Of a stretch of 64,000 nt of DNA, positions 39,975 through 52,641 are shown piece by piece. The position numbers and the translations under genes are program-made. The notes beneath the pieces are model-generated. The model did not search any database. It was not told the DNA's origin and was given only the letters and a program-made list of their open reading frames with translations. The stretch covers positions 23,191 to 87,190 of the forward strand of contig MCFE01000364.1 of assembly GCA_002104905.1 (NCBI GenBank), read 5' to 3'. Source of the stretch: Basidiobolus meristosporus CBS 931.73. Its lineage: Eukaryota; Fungi; Basidiobolomycota. Position 1 is the first letter of the stretch; each line of letters opens with the position of its first letter.

Positions 39975-41951
39975 CTAACTTGCTTCTCCAGGGTCAATTT
40001 TGTTCACAGAGCATGGGGAGTCACCATAGTACCATTGCAGGTTTTTACTTTCAAGGGGGTTGTGGGCAAATACCTGACACCATTTGGCAGCAGAGTGGGG
40101 CGTGGCTTCCATTGCTTGAGGGATGTTTTCCACAGAGCCAAATAGTTGGCAAGCCATAGGGTTCTGGGTAAGTTCCTTGGGAGGGTCAGAGAACAAGAAA
40201 AGGTGCAATAGCGTGATAAAGTCCTGCTTCTTTATCTTGCAAACGTTGTTGGGGCTTGTCCTTTTTGTGTTCAATATGACGGCAGGGGACCTTTTGAAGA
40301 GGGTGAACACTTGGTTGGCAGTCACCTGTTGTTGGTAACAAGCTTTTGCTTCTTCCAAGATGTATGATAGTTCTTCTGTAGAAACTGTGGCGCAATCAAG
40401 GCGCTTTTGTACTTGCCTCATAGTTTCTACAGAGTCCGCAGTGGTTTCTTTGGCTTCTTGAAGTTGGACTTTGTACTGGTTCCTGAGTTGTCCTATGGTA
40501 AACCACTGTAATATTTGTAACACAGCAACTTGGTGGATTGCATGGGTTAACTGGCCGGTGTATTTGATCCATTTGCGTATCTTCTCTAATATGGTTCCTT
40601 CTTGGAAATGTGGTTCAAGATGTTTGCAAATTTCTTGGAGGAGTCCTTCAATTGGGAGTTCTACTTCTGGTGCCCTTGCTGCTGGTACCAGGTCTGCATA
40701 TACCTCAACAACCGTTGTGGTAGGGTAAACATACCTCCCACAAACAAGTTTACTCATATAGTCATTATGATATACTTAGCCATATTTTATCTTATCAGTA
40801 TTATCCCATTCTTCTTTTGCCCATACTATCAGTATTATCCCCATATGATGTTTACCCTAATTAGTTATTAGCATTAGTTATCCCAGCTGTTATTCAGCTG
40901 TGTGATCAGTATATGAATCTACATAAGGCAAGTACCCGCGTCAGTACCCGTGACATATGACCTAGGTCTGTGCTACCATCCCTACCACTTCAATACCATA
41001 TATGGTGTTTCTATGTTGCACAGGTTTCAGACTACTGATTCCTGATTGGTTGAATGTGCTGTGCCTTTTAGAACCTTCCAGGACATTCTTGGTATATTTC
41101 TAGCTCATAGTGATGTTATCAAGAATTCCACTGATACCTAGAATCTTCTAGAACCATGTCATTAGTAATTACTTGGCAATTGGGAAAAGTATTTAAGGGA
41201 AAGCAACCCCTCATCAATAAATCATCCCTTCTATCTGTAACACTTCTACCTTATTGATTAGCAGTTGATCACTGCACCTGCCTTCAACAGTACATCTCAG
41301 ACCTGCCATCAAGGAGCTTTTCAGGGTAGTGCACAAGACACACAGAGGCCTCTGGAGACACTTGGAGCACTTAGGAAGCTAGAGAAGCAGGAGCTTTTAC
41401 CATAGTGACATATTGACAAAGACACCAGCAGTTTAGACACAGAGGTTATTGCACCCATCAGACACCTCACACACCATGAGTTGTGTAGCTTCTCCCAGGA
41501 GTACCTCTACCCCACCACACCGTGGTACCTATCAATGGCAAGTATGCAACAAAACAAGGGGGCTCTCAAGGTCTTGTGAGGGCGTGACCGTTGGTTCCTT
41601 GTATCTTCTGTCTGACTGTGTCCAGTATGGATACAGGAATCAGTGTGGCGTCCTTCTCCTTAATAATCAAGGAACCTCCTCTTAGGTGAAACACAGTCTT
41701 CTTGGGTAGTATCTCCATGCTTTGTATTGGTGTGGTAACTTGTCTTGTCCCTCTCTGATTGTGTCTTGTATCAACATGACTGCTCCGGCAAACAACTCTT
41801 CATAGGTGGCTCTTGCCACACATAATTCTCATACCATATCTCTCAACACTTGGAGGTTGGTGTTGTTGTTGATATCATCTTGGTTTTCACTGGTGGGAGG
41901 GGTATTGCCAGTTTTGGGTGAACTGTTTCCTTTGGCACTTTCAATATGCAT
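39975..41951 (-). pseudogene. ORF3 of Gypsy A copy 2, interrupted by a solo LTR
   Basis: Track ORF 39975-40757 closely matches 6229-6987. The N-terminal part resumes at 41524-41951. Confidence 0.85.
40716..41519. mobile_element. 804-bp solo-LTR-like insert (family E-related)
   Basis: TGTGGTAGGG..CCCCACCACA termini and 4-bp TSD CCGT. The empty site is visible in copy 1 (aacaaccgtggtacc). The reverse complement of ~40930-41090 aligns with 62350-62530. Confidence 0.88.
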
Positions 41952-44900
41952 TGTTTGTTCTCCCCTTTGGGCAAACTTCCTTGAGCATATCAGTTGTGTC
42001 TATATTGACTAAAATCTCCTCTAATAAACTTCATATGTATCCCGTGTCTTCCTCTATCCTTGTCCTGATAATTGTTTAATCACACTTGGGTTTCAGTGAT
42101 GATTGGTGGATCATCATGAAACGGTTTCAGATGGGCTGGCGCTACATTGCTGATTGTCATGTTGTTCAGGGTATGGTGTACTTTGGCCTGTGGTCCAAGT
42201 TAATGACGGAGCAAGGGCCAATCCATTGGGGTGTAAATTGTGGGCCAAACTGAGGCCTGCAACAATTTGATTGTACCACACTTTATCACCTGGTTTCCAC
42301 TTTTGTCCCGTTAGTTTCTCATTTTTGGGTGCATGGGGAAGGTGCTTGTCAGCATTTTCAAATACTTTTATGTATAGGTGGGCAATACAGTGTATCAAGC
42401 TTTCTACATAGTTGTTATGTGTTGTCAAGAGGACACCTTCCATTGTCAATCCAGCTTCTTCACACCACTTGGGCCTTTGTCTGTACAGAACTTTGTACAG
42501 GGAGAAACCTGTTGTTTTATTTGGTATTGTATGCATTGCTAGGAGTGTCAGTGGGAGTAGCTTGGCTCCTGATTGAGGTAGTTCCCAGTGGAGCTTCTCT
42601 AGTATACAGCAACACATCTGGTTCATCCTCTTGGTTAATCCATTGGTCTGGGGGTGATACGCAGTTGTGAAGACCTGTTTCACGCCCATCATTTTGCACA
42701 AGTGGGCCACTGTGTTGTTCAGGGAGGAGCCACCATTGCCGGACAGGAGTGTCTGAGGATATCTGTGCCAGCAGATGAGGAGTTCTAGAATGAATTGTGC
42801 GGTTGTCTTCTGGTCTTTATTTTGGACGGCTTGGGCTTCCACCCACTTTGAGAAATAATTGGTAGCAATTATTATGCATTGTTCTTCTTTCTTTGTTTTC
42901 ATAAAGGGCCCAACAGAGTCAATCCCTACCTAATAGAAGGGTAGGTCAAGCAGTATTAGTGCGGTTGTCCCTATCTTTTGACTTTGGTTAAATCTTTTGC
43001 ACGTGGAGCATCTTTGTAGCATATTCACAACATTGGTCATCATTTTTTTCCAATAAAACGTCTTTCTTAACATCTTGTATGTTGTTAGAGTGTTAGCGTG
43101 TCCTAATGACATATGTCTTTCTCATATGATTTCTTTGAAGGCAGTTATTAGGGGTAACTCAACTCTGAACTCTCCTTGGAGGAGCCATAGTTGGTTTTCT
43201 TGTACTTTATACTGACACCATTTCTTTTGAAAGTCTCTCTTCTGCTTGTTTGCAACAACGTGTTTGGGATACTTCCCTCTTCTTTTAAAGCAGATTACGT
43301 CTTTGTAGTCATTGCTGATGCGTACTTGGCAAAAGGATAGCAACTGAGAAAGCCTGTGTCCTGGTGTTTCTTGCCAGCACAATGAATTATTTTGAAGTTG
43401 TATTCTTGTAGTCAGAGGGCCCAACATGCTAGTTGACCTGTAAAGTCTTTAGTTTTCATCAGCCAGACCAGTGTGCTGTGGTCCATTACTATTGTGAATT
43501 GGCAACCATGTATGTATGTATGGAATTGTTTAATTGAATAAACAATAGCCAGACATTTTATCTTGGTAACAGGGTAGTAATGTTTGTGTTTGTTTAACAA
43601 ACGGCACACGTAACCAATCAGGTGGAATTTGCCGGGTTGGTGGTATTGTCCCAGTACCGCGCCTATACTGGTGAGACTTCCATCACAGTTAATAAAAAAT
43701 CTTGCATCACAATTGGGAAAACATAACACTGGTGGTGACATCAGGGAATGTTTCAGCTGATCAAATGCTCTCTTTTGAGGCTCCTCTTTCTGTCAACACT
43801 GGCCTTTTTGCATCAATTTGTATAGGGGGGCTGCTATTGTTACAAAGTTTTTGACAAAGCGGCAATAGTAGCCGGCTAATCCTAGGAATCCCAACACTGC
43901 ATTAATATCCTTTGGTGTGGGTGTATCTTGAACGGCTTTCAGGAGTGTAGTAGATGGATATATTCCATCTGCCAAGATCTTGTGGCCCAGGAACAACAAT
44001 TTTGTATACAGGAAATGGCACTTCTTGGGATGTAGTTTGAGTTGGTTCTTAAGGAGGGCTGTCAGGATATGTTGCACGTTGTTTACATGTTTTTCTACAT
44101 TGGGGGAATATATTGTCATGTTGTCCAGATACACAAGAGCTCATTCCCATTGTAGATTTCTTAGCACCTTGTTGATCATCCTTTGGAACGTAGCAGGGGC
44201 ATTGCACAAGCCAAAGGGTAGTTGGTTCCATTTGTATAATCCAAATGATGTTATAAAAGCGGCTTTGGGTCAATCTTCTGGGGCTACTTCTACTTGCCAA
44301 TACCCGGAGATTAAGTCAAGAGAGCTAAAATATTTAGCTCCAATTAATCTGTCCAACAGGCTGTCTATTTGCGGTAGTGGATACACATCCTTCAGGGTGA
44401 CGGTGTTCAATTTTTGGTAGTCAATGCAAAAGTGTTCCTTTCCATCTTTCTTTGGGACTATCACTACAGGGGAGGCCCACAGAGACCGGCTCTCTGCAAT
44501 GATGTAGTCTTTCAATAAAGTTTCAATTGTCTCTTTGATATAGTCCGTGTCAATTTTTGAGTTCCTATAGGCCTTTTGCTTGATAGGGTATTTGTCAGTG
44601 AGGTGGATTTGGTGATATACCCCAGGTATATGACCAATTACTTGGTTCTTAGAGAATACTCAGGCAAGCAGGCGTATTCCTTCTAGGAACTTGTCTTGTA
44701 ATATAGGCGGTAGACTGGGGTCCACATCTAGTTTGGGGAGCTCTTCTTCTGGTTCCTTGTTTGTAGGTGGTCCTTGGTCAATTCTGTTGACTTCCTCTAG
44801 GTTTAACAATGGCACTCCTCTAGGCAATGTCACCATGTGTTGCCCATTGTTGACCACTAAGCACTTCAGACTTTGTGTTTCAAATTTTGGTAGTATCCAT

Positions 44901-46309
44901 ACCTTAGGGATCAAGATTCTTTCCAGTTGCACCAATGCCTTTGCTGCGGTTATCATTCTTCCGCTTGTTGAATAAGCTATTGGTGTCTCTAATGAGATCA
45001 CCGTCTCACTGGTGGGTGGTATTTTTATTACCTTTTGTGTGACAATTGGAGACTGCAACAGTTTCACCTCTTCAATCATCACACTGTTGCTACGCGCCTT
45101 ACTCTCATTGGTGATAGGAATCAGTGGGATACTCTTGGTATCCCACCTGAGTTCAGATGCACTGTAAAGTATATCCATCTTATGTTGGATAAACCAACTC
45201 TTGCCAATGAGTAAGTTGTTGGCTGCAATGGGTAAAACCACAACATCTTGGTGTATAATCAAGCTGCCTAGCCAGATGGGGCAATTAGGCACCACACCTA
45301 CTGTTGTGTCCAGTTGATCATTTGCTAGCCGTACTCAAATGGTGTTGTTGGGGACTATGTCTAATACTAGACGTTTTGCTAATGACTCTGACATGATCAA
45401 CGTAGAGGATCCTGTGTTGATAAGGGTAAGAATCTCCTTATTCTCTATATGTACCTTTACGTATGTACCTTTATTTGGTTTTTACAGGGCCATCTGGTTG
45501 ACATGAAGGGTTGTTATCTCCTTCAATCCCTCTATCAGTTCCTTGACTAGAGCCGGGGCAAGTCCCAGTAAATTGGTTATTAGGAGGGTTGCATTGGTTT
45601 GCTCTAGTACCTTCATTATGGGGAATAGGCCATGGGAAGACATGCTAGCGTTCTTTGTTTGCTTTAACACTTCTTCCCAAGGCTCATTCTGTACTTCTTC
45701 ACCTAATTCCATGCTCTTTCCTTTTGACAGAACCTCTACTACAGGTTCCTCCTCTCTATAAGCATCAGGTTGATGCTTTTTCTTCCGCACTTCAACTATC
45801 CTGACCAGAGGACTTAGATTGACTGAGTCCCATAGGCCTCCTGGCAAGGGACTCTGTCTCTTGATGCCTTCTTCTCTTTTGTGTCTGGTACGGCTTCTTG
45901 TCTGTACCGTTTTTCACATTCATGGGCCTGGTGACCTACTTCTCCACACACATAACACAGTTACTGTTGTTGCGGTTATTCCATCTGTTGGGTCAGGGCT
46001 TGTACCTGGGCCTTTAGATCTACAACAGCTTCCCAGAGTTTATCACCTTCTTTGGGGACTTCTTGGACATTGTGGATCAAGAGTTCTTGGACCATTTGCC
46101 GTAATTCCTCTAACTCACAATCCTTTGGGGAGGCAATTTTTCCTTTCTTACAGGGGATCCCTGTTCTTCAATCATTTGTATCACCATAGGGTAGCCCTAT
46201 AGCAAGATGACCCCTTGTACTTGTTTGACCAACTCTTGCAGCTTTTTATATCCCTGTTGTTCTTTGGATGCCCTACGTCTTATTTTGTTGTCTAAGCCCA
46301 TGATGTAAT

Positions 46310-47043
46310 AGACTTGTTCCATTGGATAGTGCCACATTGAGCCATGAGTGCCAAATGATGCCATAGTGTGCCAGGGAGGCTAAGTGAGCCTATACTTGGC
46401 CACAGAGTGTGAAACATAGATCTGCATCTTCATGCAAAGCAGCCCCTGTATTTCACCAATTGTGTTGGAGAAAATCCATTTTTTGACCTTTTTTTTTAGG
46501 TCAATGTTGTGCAGGATGTGTAAGAGCACAAAAGGATTGAAAATAGACATTTGGAACTCAATACCCATGGCACTCTGAATCTAGCTCCTGTGGCTTGTAA
46601 CATGTCACAACAATGCATGGCACTATCTTGGTCCACTGGTACTATCTGGCACTATATTTAAATATTAGCCCTAAAGTAAGATCTATACAAAGCACTTATA
46701 GTGCCAGATAGTACCAGTGGACCAAGATAGTGCCATTCATTTTTGTGACATGATACAAGCTACAGGAGCTAGATTCAGAGTGCCGTGGGTATTGAGTACC
46801 AGATGCATATCTTCAGTTCTCCTGTGCTCTTACACATCCTGATCTACATTGCTCCACAAAAAAAGGTCAAAAAATGAATTTTCTCCTGCACAATGGGTGA
46901 AACACAGGGGCTGCTTTACATGAAGATGCAGAGCTATGTTTCACACTCTGTGGCCAAGTATAGGCTCACTTTACCTCTCTGGCACACTACGGCATCATTT
47001 GGCACTCATGGCTCAATGTGGCACTATCCAACGGAACAAGTCT
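46310..47043. mobile_element. Foldback PHIS MITE, copy 2, 734 bp, inserted in Gypsy gag
   Basis: Same TIR and palindromic arms as 36602-37333. 3-bp TSD AAT. The empty site is seen in Gypsy copy 1 at ~11760. Confidence 0.92.
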
Positions 47044-47835
47044 AATACCTCATGAGCTGTTGTTTGGCAATTTTGTCCTTTGGGAGACACCAAACTTGTT
47101 GGAGAAACAGTTCAGTGTAGGCTTCATAGCTCTCACTGCTTTTCTTCCATCAGGACAGTAGAAAGGCTTTGTAGTGGTATCCTTTGGCATATAGAAAGCA
47201 TGTCTTGTGGGCTTCTTCTAGTGCATCCCAGTTGTCTTTAACTGCGTCTTCCAACCCATAAAGCCATTGCCATGCGGCCCCTCCCATATGTCTTGCAAAC
47301 TCCCTCACTTTCTTATTGTTGTCCCATCCTGCATCAACTGCAACTCTCTCAACCTTATCAAACCACTCTAGGGCTTTCTCTCTCTTTCCCTTGTATGTTT
47401 TTAGTTTGATTGTAGTAGTCATTACCTCACTTGTGCTTATTTCTGCAGAGACAGCACCAAATATGTGGGTAATTACTGACTGTACTTGGTGAGTGGGAGA
47501 GCTTGTAGCTCAAGTCAGTACCACTTGGTTCAGAATAGCTCCCAATAGAAGGTAGCAAGGTAATAAAGACTTGTGTTTATTCCATCCCCAAAATCTCCCT
47601 GTCTTGGTTCAATTGGGTACATATATATATCACTTGGGGGGCTTAGATAACAGTCAATGTGTTGTAAAATAGGGGTGTGAACACCTTGCTGTTGTGGTAA
47701 GTGTTCTAACTAGATAAGGGTAGGGATAGGAGGGAGGGCATGTGGGGGAGTCATAGGGAGGATACTGGGGGACTTTGGGTAGGACTCTGGGGAGAACTCT
47801 TGGGCAAAGAGTGGGTACTGCATTTAGTACTCACA

Positions 47836-50800
47836 TAATATTCTTGATGAGATCTGAAGGTAATGATCTAAGTGACTAAGTTAGGTGAATATTTAGGTGG
47901 AATTATCAATTTTTACAACAGTTTGTGTATAGCCACTTAAATCCCATTACAAACTCCTTACAAAACAGCTGTAGATGTGTCAAGTTGGCATTGGTGATCC
48001 GCTTCCGGATAAATATTCTGGTAATGCCTACATATAACTCCTAATGCTTCCAATGTACACTTGGTAGGAATGGCTTCAGAACTCCACTTGAATAAATACA
48101 TAACCAGTTCATCCAGTCTTTGCATTTGTATTGTTGTGTATGCGCATGAATATTAATTGGAGCCTGTGAGAAGTACTTAGGGTAGTGATACTGTGTAATA
48201 TCTTGCCAATTCTTTCAAATTTCAGTGGTATCTTGAAGGGCTTGTTGAGCGTGATATACCCCATATACAACTCAGTCATCAGCATAGGGATAGTGCTGAA
48301 AAGCAAATGCATTGCTCCCAGTGGAAAGCTTTTGCTCCAACAGATACCCTCTATCTTAAGTATCTCATGTTTTCAACTGATTCCATAGTCCAGCCAATGG
48401 CTTATAGCTTGCCAACTTTGTAGCAATTGCGTGCTGACTTCTGGATGTTCTCTGTGTGGGGAGAATATGTTCATAGAGCTGGTATTTGGGCAATAATAAT
48501 GAGTGTGAGTTATGGAGTGTATCTGTTGTGTTGTATTATGATTAGTTTGGGGCTTGTTCTACAATGTAGAGGCTAATCAACAATATACAACAACTTCCAG
48601 TATGCTAATACTGAAATAGTTTATTGGGAGTTTGATATACCAATAGAAGATATAACTTTCACTAATTTCCTCACTCTTGGGCTCAAAATATACTGTAGAA
48701 AGTGTTTATCACTTCTACAGCAGTGTTCTGACCTTCTGTTGACTAATGGGCTTATTTACTTTTATAGTAACTTTTCCTTATTTGGAAGTCACTTTCCCTT
48801 CTGAGAAAATATTTCCTAATATGGAAATTCTGAACCCCCTTTAACCTAAAGGGGTGTGTTGTAGAAGTCTCTAAAGGGGTCTTTAGACCTAAAGGGGTGT
48901 CTAAAGGGGTGTCTTTAGAGTAAAGGGGCTTCTTGTAGTGGTCTCTAAAGTGGACTTTACACTAAAGGGGTGCCTAAAGGGGCTTCTTTAGAGTAAAGGG
49001 GTTTCTCAAAGGGGTCTCTAAAGGGGTCTTTAGACTAAAGGGGTGTCTAAAGGGGTGTCTTTAGAGTAAAGGGGTTTCTTAGAGGGGACTTTTCCAACAG
49101 AAAAGTGGTAGTTTCTTGTAGAACTTAGATTGGATTCTTGTGAGCTTTGCAGTCTCTTTACTGATGTAGTACCAATCAAAGTCAGAATACTCAACAGTGC
49201 AAGTGATGCAGGGGAAGTCTTATAACCTTTAAACTTGTAATCGTAGTGTGGAGATTCTGGAAAGAGAGGCACTCCTTTATTTTTCAGCTGGGGAAGTCAT
49301 ATATATGAAAATTTTGAAGGATCAAAGTTTTTGGGCAATTGCGCAAGCAATACACATGATACAAATCTAAAATTTTGCAGTGGCGCAGATCGGGCATAGG
49401 CGCAGCACCTGTGAGAATTTCACGTGATTTGATTGGCTGGTTCAAAAGTTACATGCAATCAAAGTCACCATAGTAATCCTAGCAATAAGGCATAGTATAT
49501 ATAATAGTTGGACTCTTTTGGTCATAACTCCTTAAGTACTGCTTCAAATGAGCTGTAATTAGAAACATGTGTTGGCTACTACATGTTCTGTATGACATAA
49601 TATTCTTGGGTGGATTGCTTGTCAGGGTCTGGAGCATTTGCTCTTCAAAGTTGGAAATTCTTGATCTTTCTCTTGTGTGTTACAATAGCACAAAGCAAAA
49701 TAAAGAAATGAGTGCAATATTGGTTTAGAGATATTGTAGTAATGGAATACTTTCCATTACCACATATCCCCTGGATCTCATACATTTGACAGCAATACTG
49801 TCCATTTGTGCCCAGAAAAGCCTGCATCTTACTGATGCCTGGGATATCTCCAATGCAGATAGTAATATGTGCTTTTACATGATGGCAGTTGACTGTTATC
49901 CTGCTGGAAAGCATATAAAACTCATCCAGGAATAGTTACAGATAGCTATTGAGGTTGGACAGTGATTTAGGCTCAGATACCAGTGAGACTACCATCTAAT
50001 AATTGCTCTGACACTGTAAGATGGGCTGTAGATTCAGATTGATGATAATCAGTGGCCAGCAGGATTTGCTGTTATAGCACCTATTTAATAAGAATCTACC
50101 AAGTGCTAAAGCCAAGGCATGGTCATACATACCTTCAAAGTAGCACTTGCATCTTAGCTGTTTGTAATGTTTGCCATTGAGTATATTGGATATGTTTGCA
50201 CTTGATTGATACTGAGTGCGGTACTGTATAGCTTTGCAATATATATTAGACTGCATTAGCTTCCTCAGATGGAGCATTACCGCAATATATCTGGAGTGTG
50301 AGCAATGTTTTTGCTCAATGGAGGTGGATTCCTGACAATTTGGACATGTTGCAATGGTTGCAATTTTAGATGTGATTGTCATGCAACTGTTAGCACATGC
50401 TGGAGTCAGGACAGTCTCTGGATCACATGTTGCCAGCTGCATGACAGTTATCCTTGTGTAATGATTTTGGCAAAAAAGTAGCAATAGATCCTCAAAGTCC
50501 CCATTGCTGACTTGTGTGGAAACACACCACTACTCTAGCCGCAACATTACCTCATTCACCAGTAGATGGATTACTGGGCTTACTTGGAACCATAAAGTAT
50601 CCTTGGCATTTGTTTCAACAGGTGTTGTCTCATGGCATGTTGGAATCTGACTGAGCGCATGCAAGGTACTGTTGCAAGGGGAGATATGCTTGCAATTCAT
50701 TGGTGAACCTTCTTTGTCAGAGTTATCACTTTTAATGCCATATTTTGAAGGCTGAGGTTAGCCTAAAGGCATCCTAAGATCACCTGACTCAGTTTCCACA

Positions 50801-51975
50801 ATGTGACAAATGTGGCCAGGTGCTAATATAGAAGTATCAATTGGCTGGCAAGATAACATTGGTACAGTAGTGATCAATGAGTTGTCAAATATCACTTGTG
50901 TGGGAAAACACTGGCTGCAATCCTTTCAGTACTTCCTATGCTGTTTGCATGTTTCATAGCTGAGAGGCTTGCTACAGTAGCCACATGGTCTTTTTTCTTT
51001 TCCCTTACGGTGTTGAGTCTAAGTAATCTTGTCCATGGGGCAACCAGTTTGACTTTGAGCAACATAACACTATAACATCACTTTTTGGTCAATACTAATG
51101 CAAAATTTAAGATAGTCTTGTATCTGAGACATGAATGTAAGATTCAATGATGACATGCCATAGCAAGTATTATTAATAAGGTTGTGGCACCAGATACACA
51201 TGTATATGCAACACTATTCCCATTTTGGTTTGACTCACTTCCATCTATAGGCTGCAAAAAGATAAAGCAAAGTCATCAGGTTCCCAACCAAACCCCATTG
51301 CTGACTGCAGCAGAAGAACATTTGGACCACAACTTGCTTTCATATTCAGTGCAACAAGGGTGGCTACATCCAAAAAGACCATGTTAACAGCTTGCCCACT
51401 GATAGTAATAATATGGACTCCTCAGGCTCTCAGTCAAGCAGGTAATTGCAAACCACTGCAGAGCCACAAGCTCACTGTTATGCTTGGCCTGATGAGAATG
51501 TAGCAAGCACAGTACCCTCAGTTAAATACCAGCAAGTGGCCATCATAACATCACCACCACCCACATTAGCAAGCATGTTGTCAGCTCATGCCAAAGAATT
51601 AATGAAGCAATTAGGTGCAGTGGCTGATAGGATTGATGTAATGGCCCAAAGAAATCAGGAAATAGTCCAGAAACAAGTTGAGTGGATAATATGTGTAGAG
51701 CAATCAATATCCCAGGTAGAGAAAGCAATTTCTGTGCTGCAAAGAAGGAACTCAATTAACTTAGTGTCACAGCCAAGAATTGAGTCATTTCCCTATGTAA
51801 CAGCAGAGGAACACTGTACAGTCTTTGATGTGCAACAAGAGTGCCCAAAGATAAAGTCTGCAGAAGAGCCTATCACAGCATGGCAGGGAGACATTGTTTT
51901 GCTTATAACAAAGCCTAAAAATCAAAAGACATTGAAGAACTGTGAAGCTGTTGAGTGTAATAATGAAGAGTGGGG
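47836..51975 (-). mobile_element. CACTA element X (transposase pseudogene on minus, ~47930-51130; second ORF on plus, ~51250-51975)
   Basis: ORF 49996-50484 has TCPNCQES..HLRKLM..ILNGKHY..HALALAL. Reverse-complement homology to 53500-56720. Confidence 0.85.
48524..49764. mobile_element. 1241-bp solo-LTR-like insert, family D copy 2
   Basis: Near-identical to 17361-18604. 4-bp TSD TATC (48520-48523, 49765-49768). Interrupts the CACTA transposase. Confidence 0.88.
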
Positions 51976-52430
51976 TTCCTGTAAAAGTAGCTGGTCTTAT
52001 TACTGTTGGGTCCTTGACTGCTACCTTGACTGGGTGCTTCTTGGGTGGTACTACACTTTTTCCTTGATAAATGTTGTGCTGGTACATCCATGTCTGCCTG
52101 CTTGTCCCTAATTGGGACTCTTCCAGCTGCCTGATGTCTCTTTAACACTTGTCTAGAGCTTTCAGCCCTGCTTGTAATAGGCTCTTTTAGAAGCTGCAGG
52201 GTTTTAGCCATGGCACCCTGGTTCTTCAGCCTTTGAAAGTCTCTGCTATTCTTAAGATATTTTTGTAGCATACCAATGTTGGCCCATAATCTGTTTTCCC
52301 ATTTGAATCCAGGATAATGCTAATGGAACAAGTCAAGAGCATTCTGCTTGGCCTTCAGTTCCTAATGGTCCCATGGTATGCTGGCCTTAAGGTGATGGCA
52401 TGATAGACCTCCAATAGCCTCTTGTATATT

Positions 52431-52641
52431 AGACTTGTTCCATCATTCCAACTGATCATAGTGCCCAATAGTGCCATAGCATGCCAGATGGTGCCTGATC
52501 ATGCCACAGAGTGCCAGATGGTGTCATGCAGCGCCAATTTGGGATCAAAATTGACATGCATATGGCCCTAAAATATCAAATTAATAACAAAATATACAGC
52601 ACTTTCTGGCACTATGATCAATGGCACAATGGAACAAGTCT
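52431..52641. mobile_element. 211-bp PHIS MITE
   Basis: AGACTTGTTCC..GGAACAAGTCT TIRs and subterminal AGTGCC repeats. Flanks ATT/ATC. Inserted in the CACTA second ORF. Confidence 0.85.

Larger units (their letters stand above)
39559..47835 (-). mobile_element. Ty3/Gypsy family A copy 2 (older, two nested insertions, flanks do not match)
   Basis: LTRs at 39559-39929 and 47464-47835 (~20 differences by eye). Colinear with 5798-12569, including ORF3. Flanks are GGCTT and TAATA. Confidence 0.95.
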
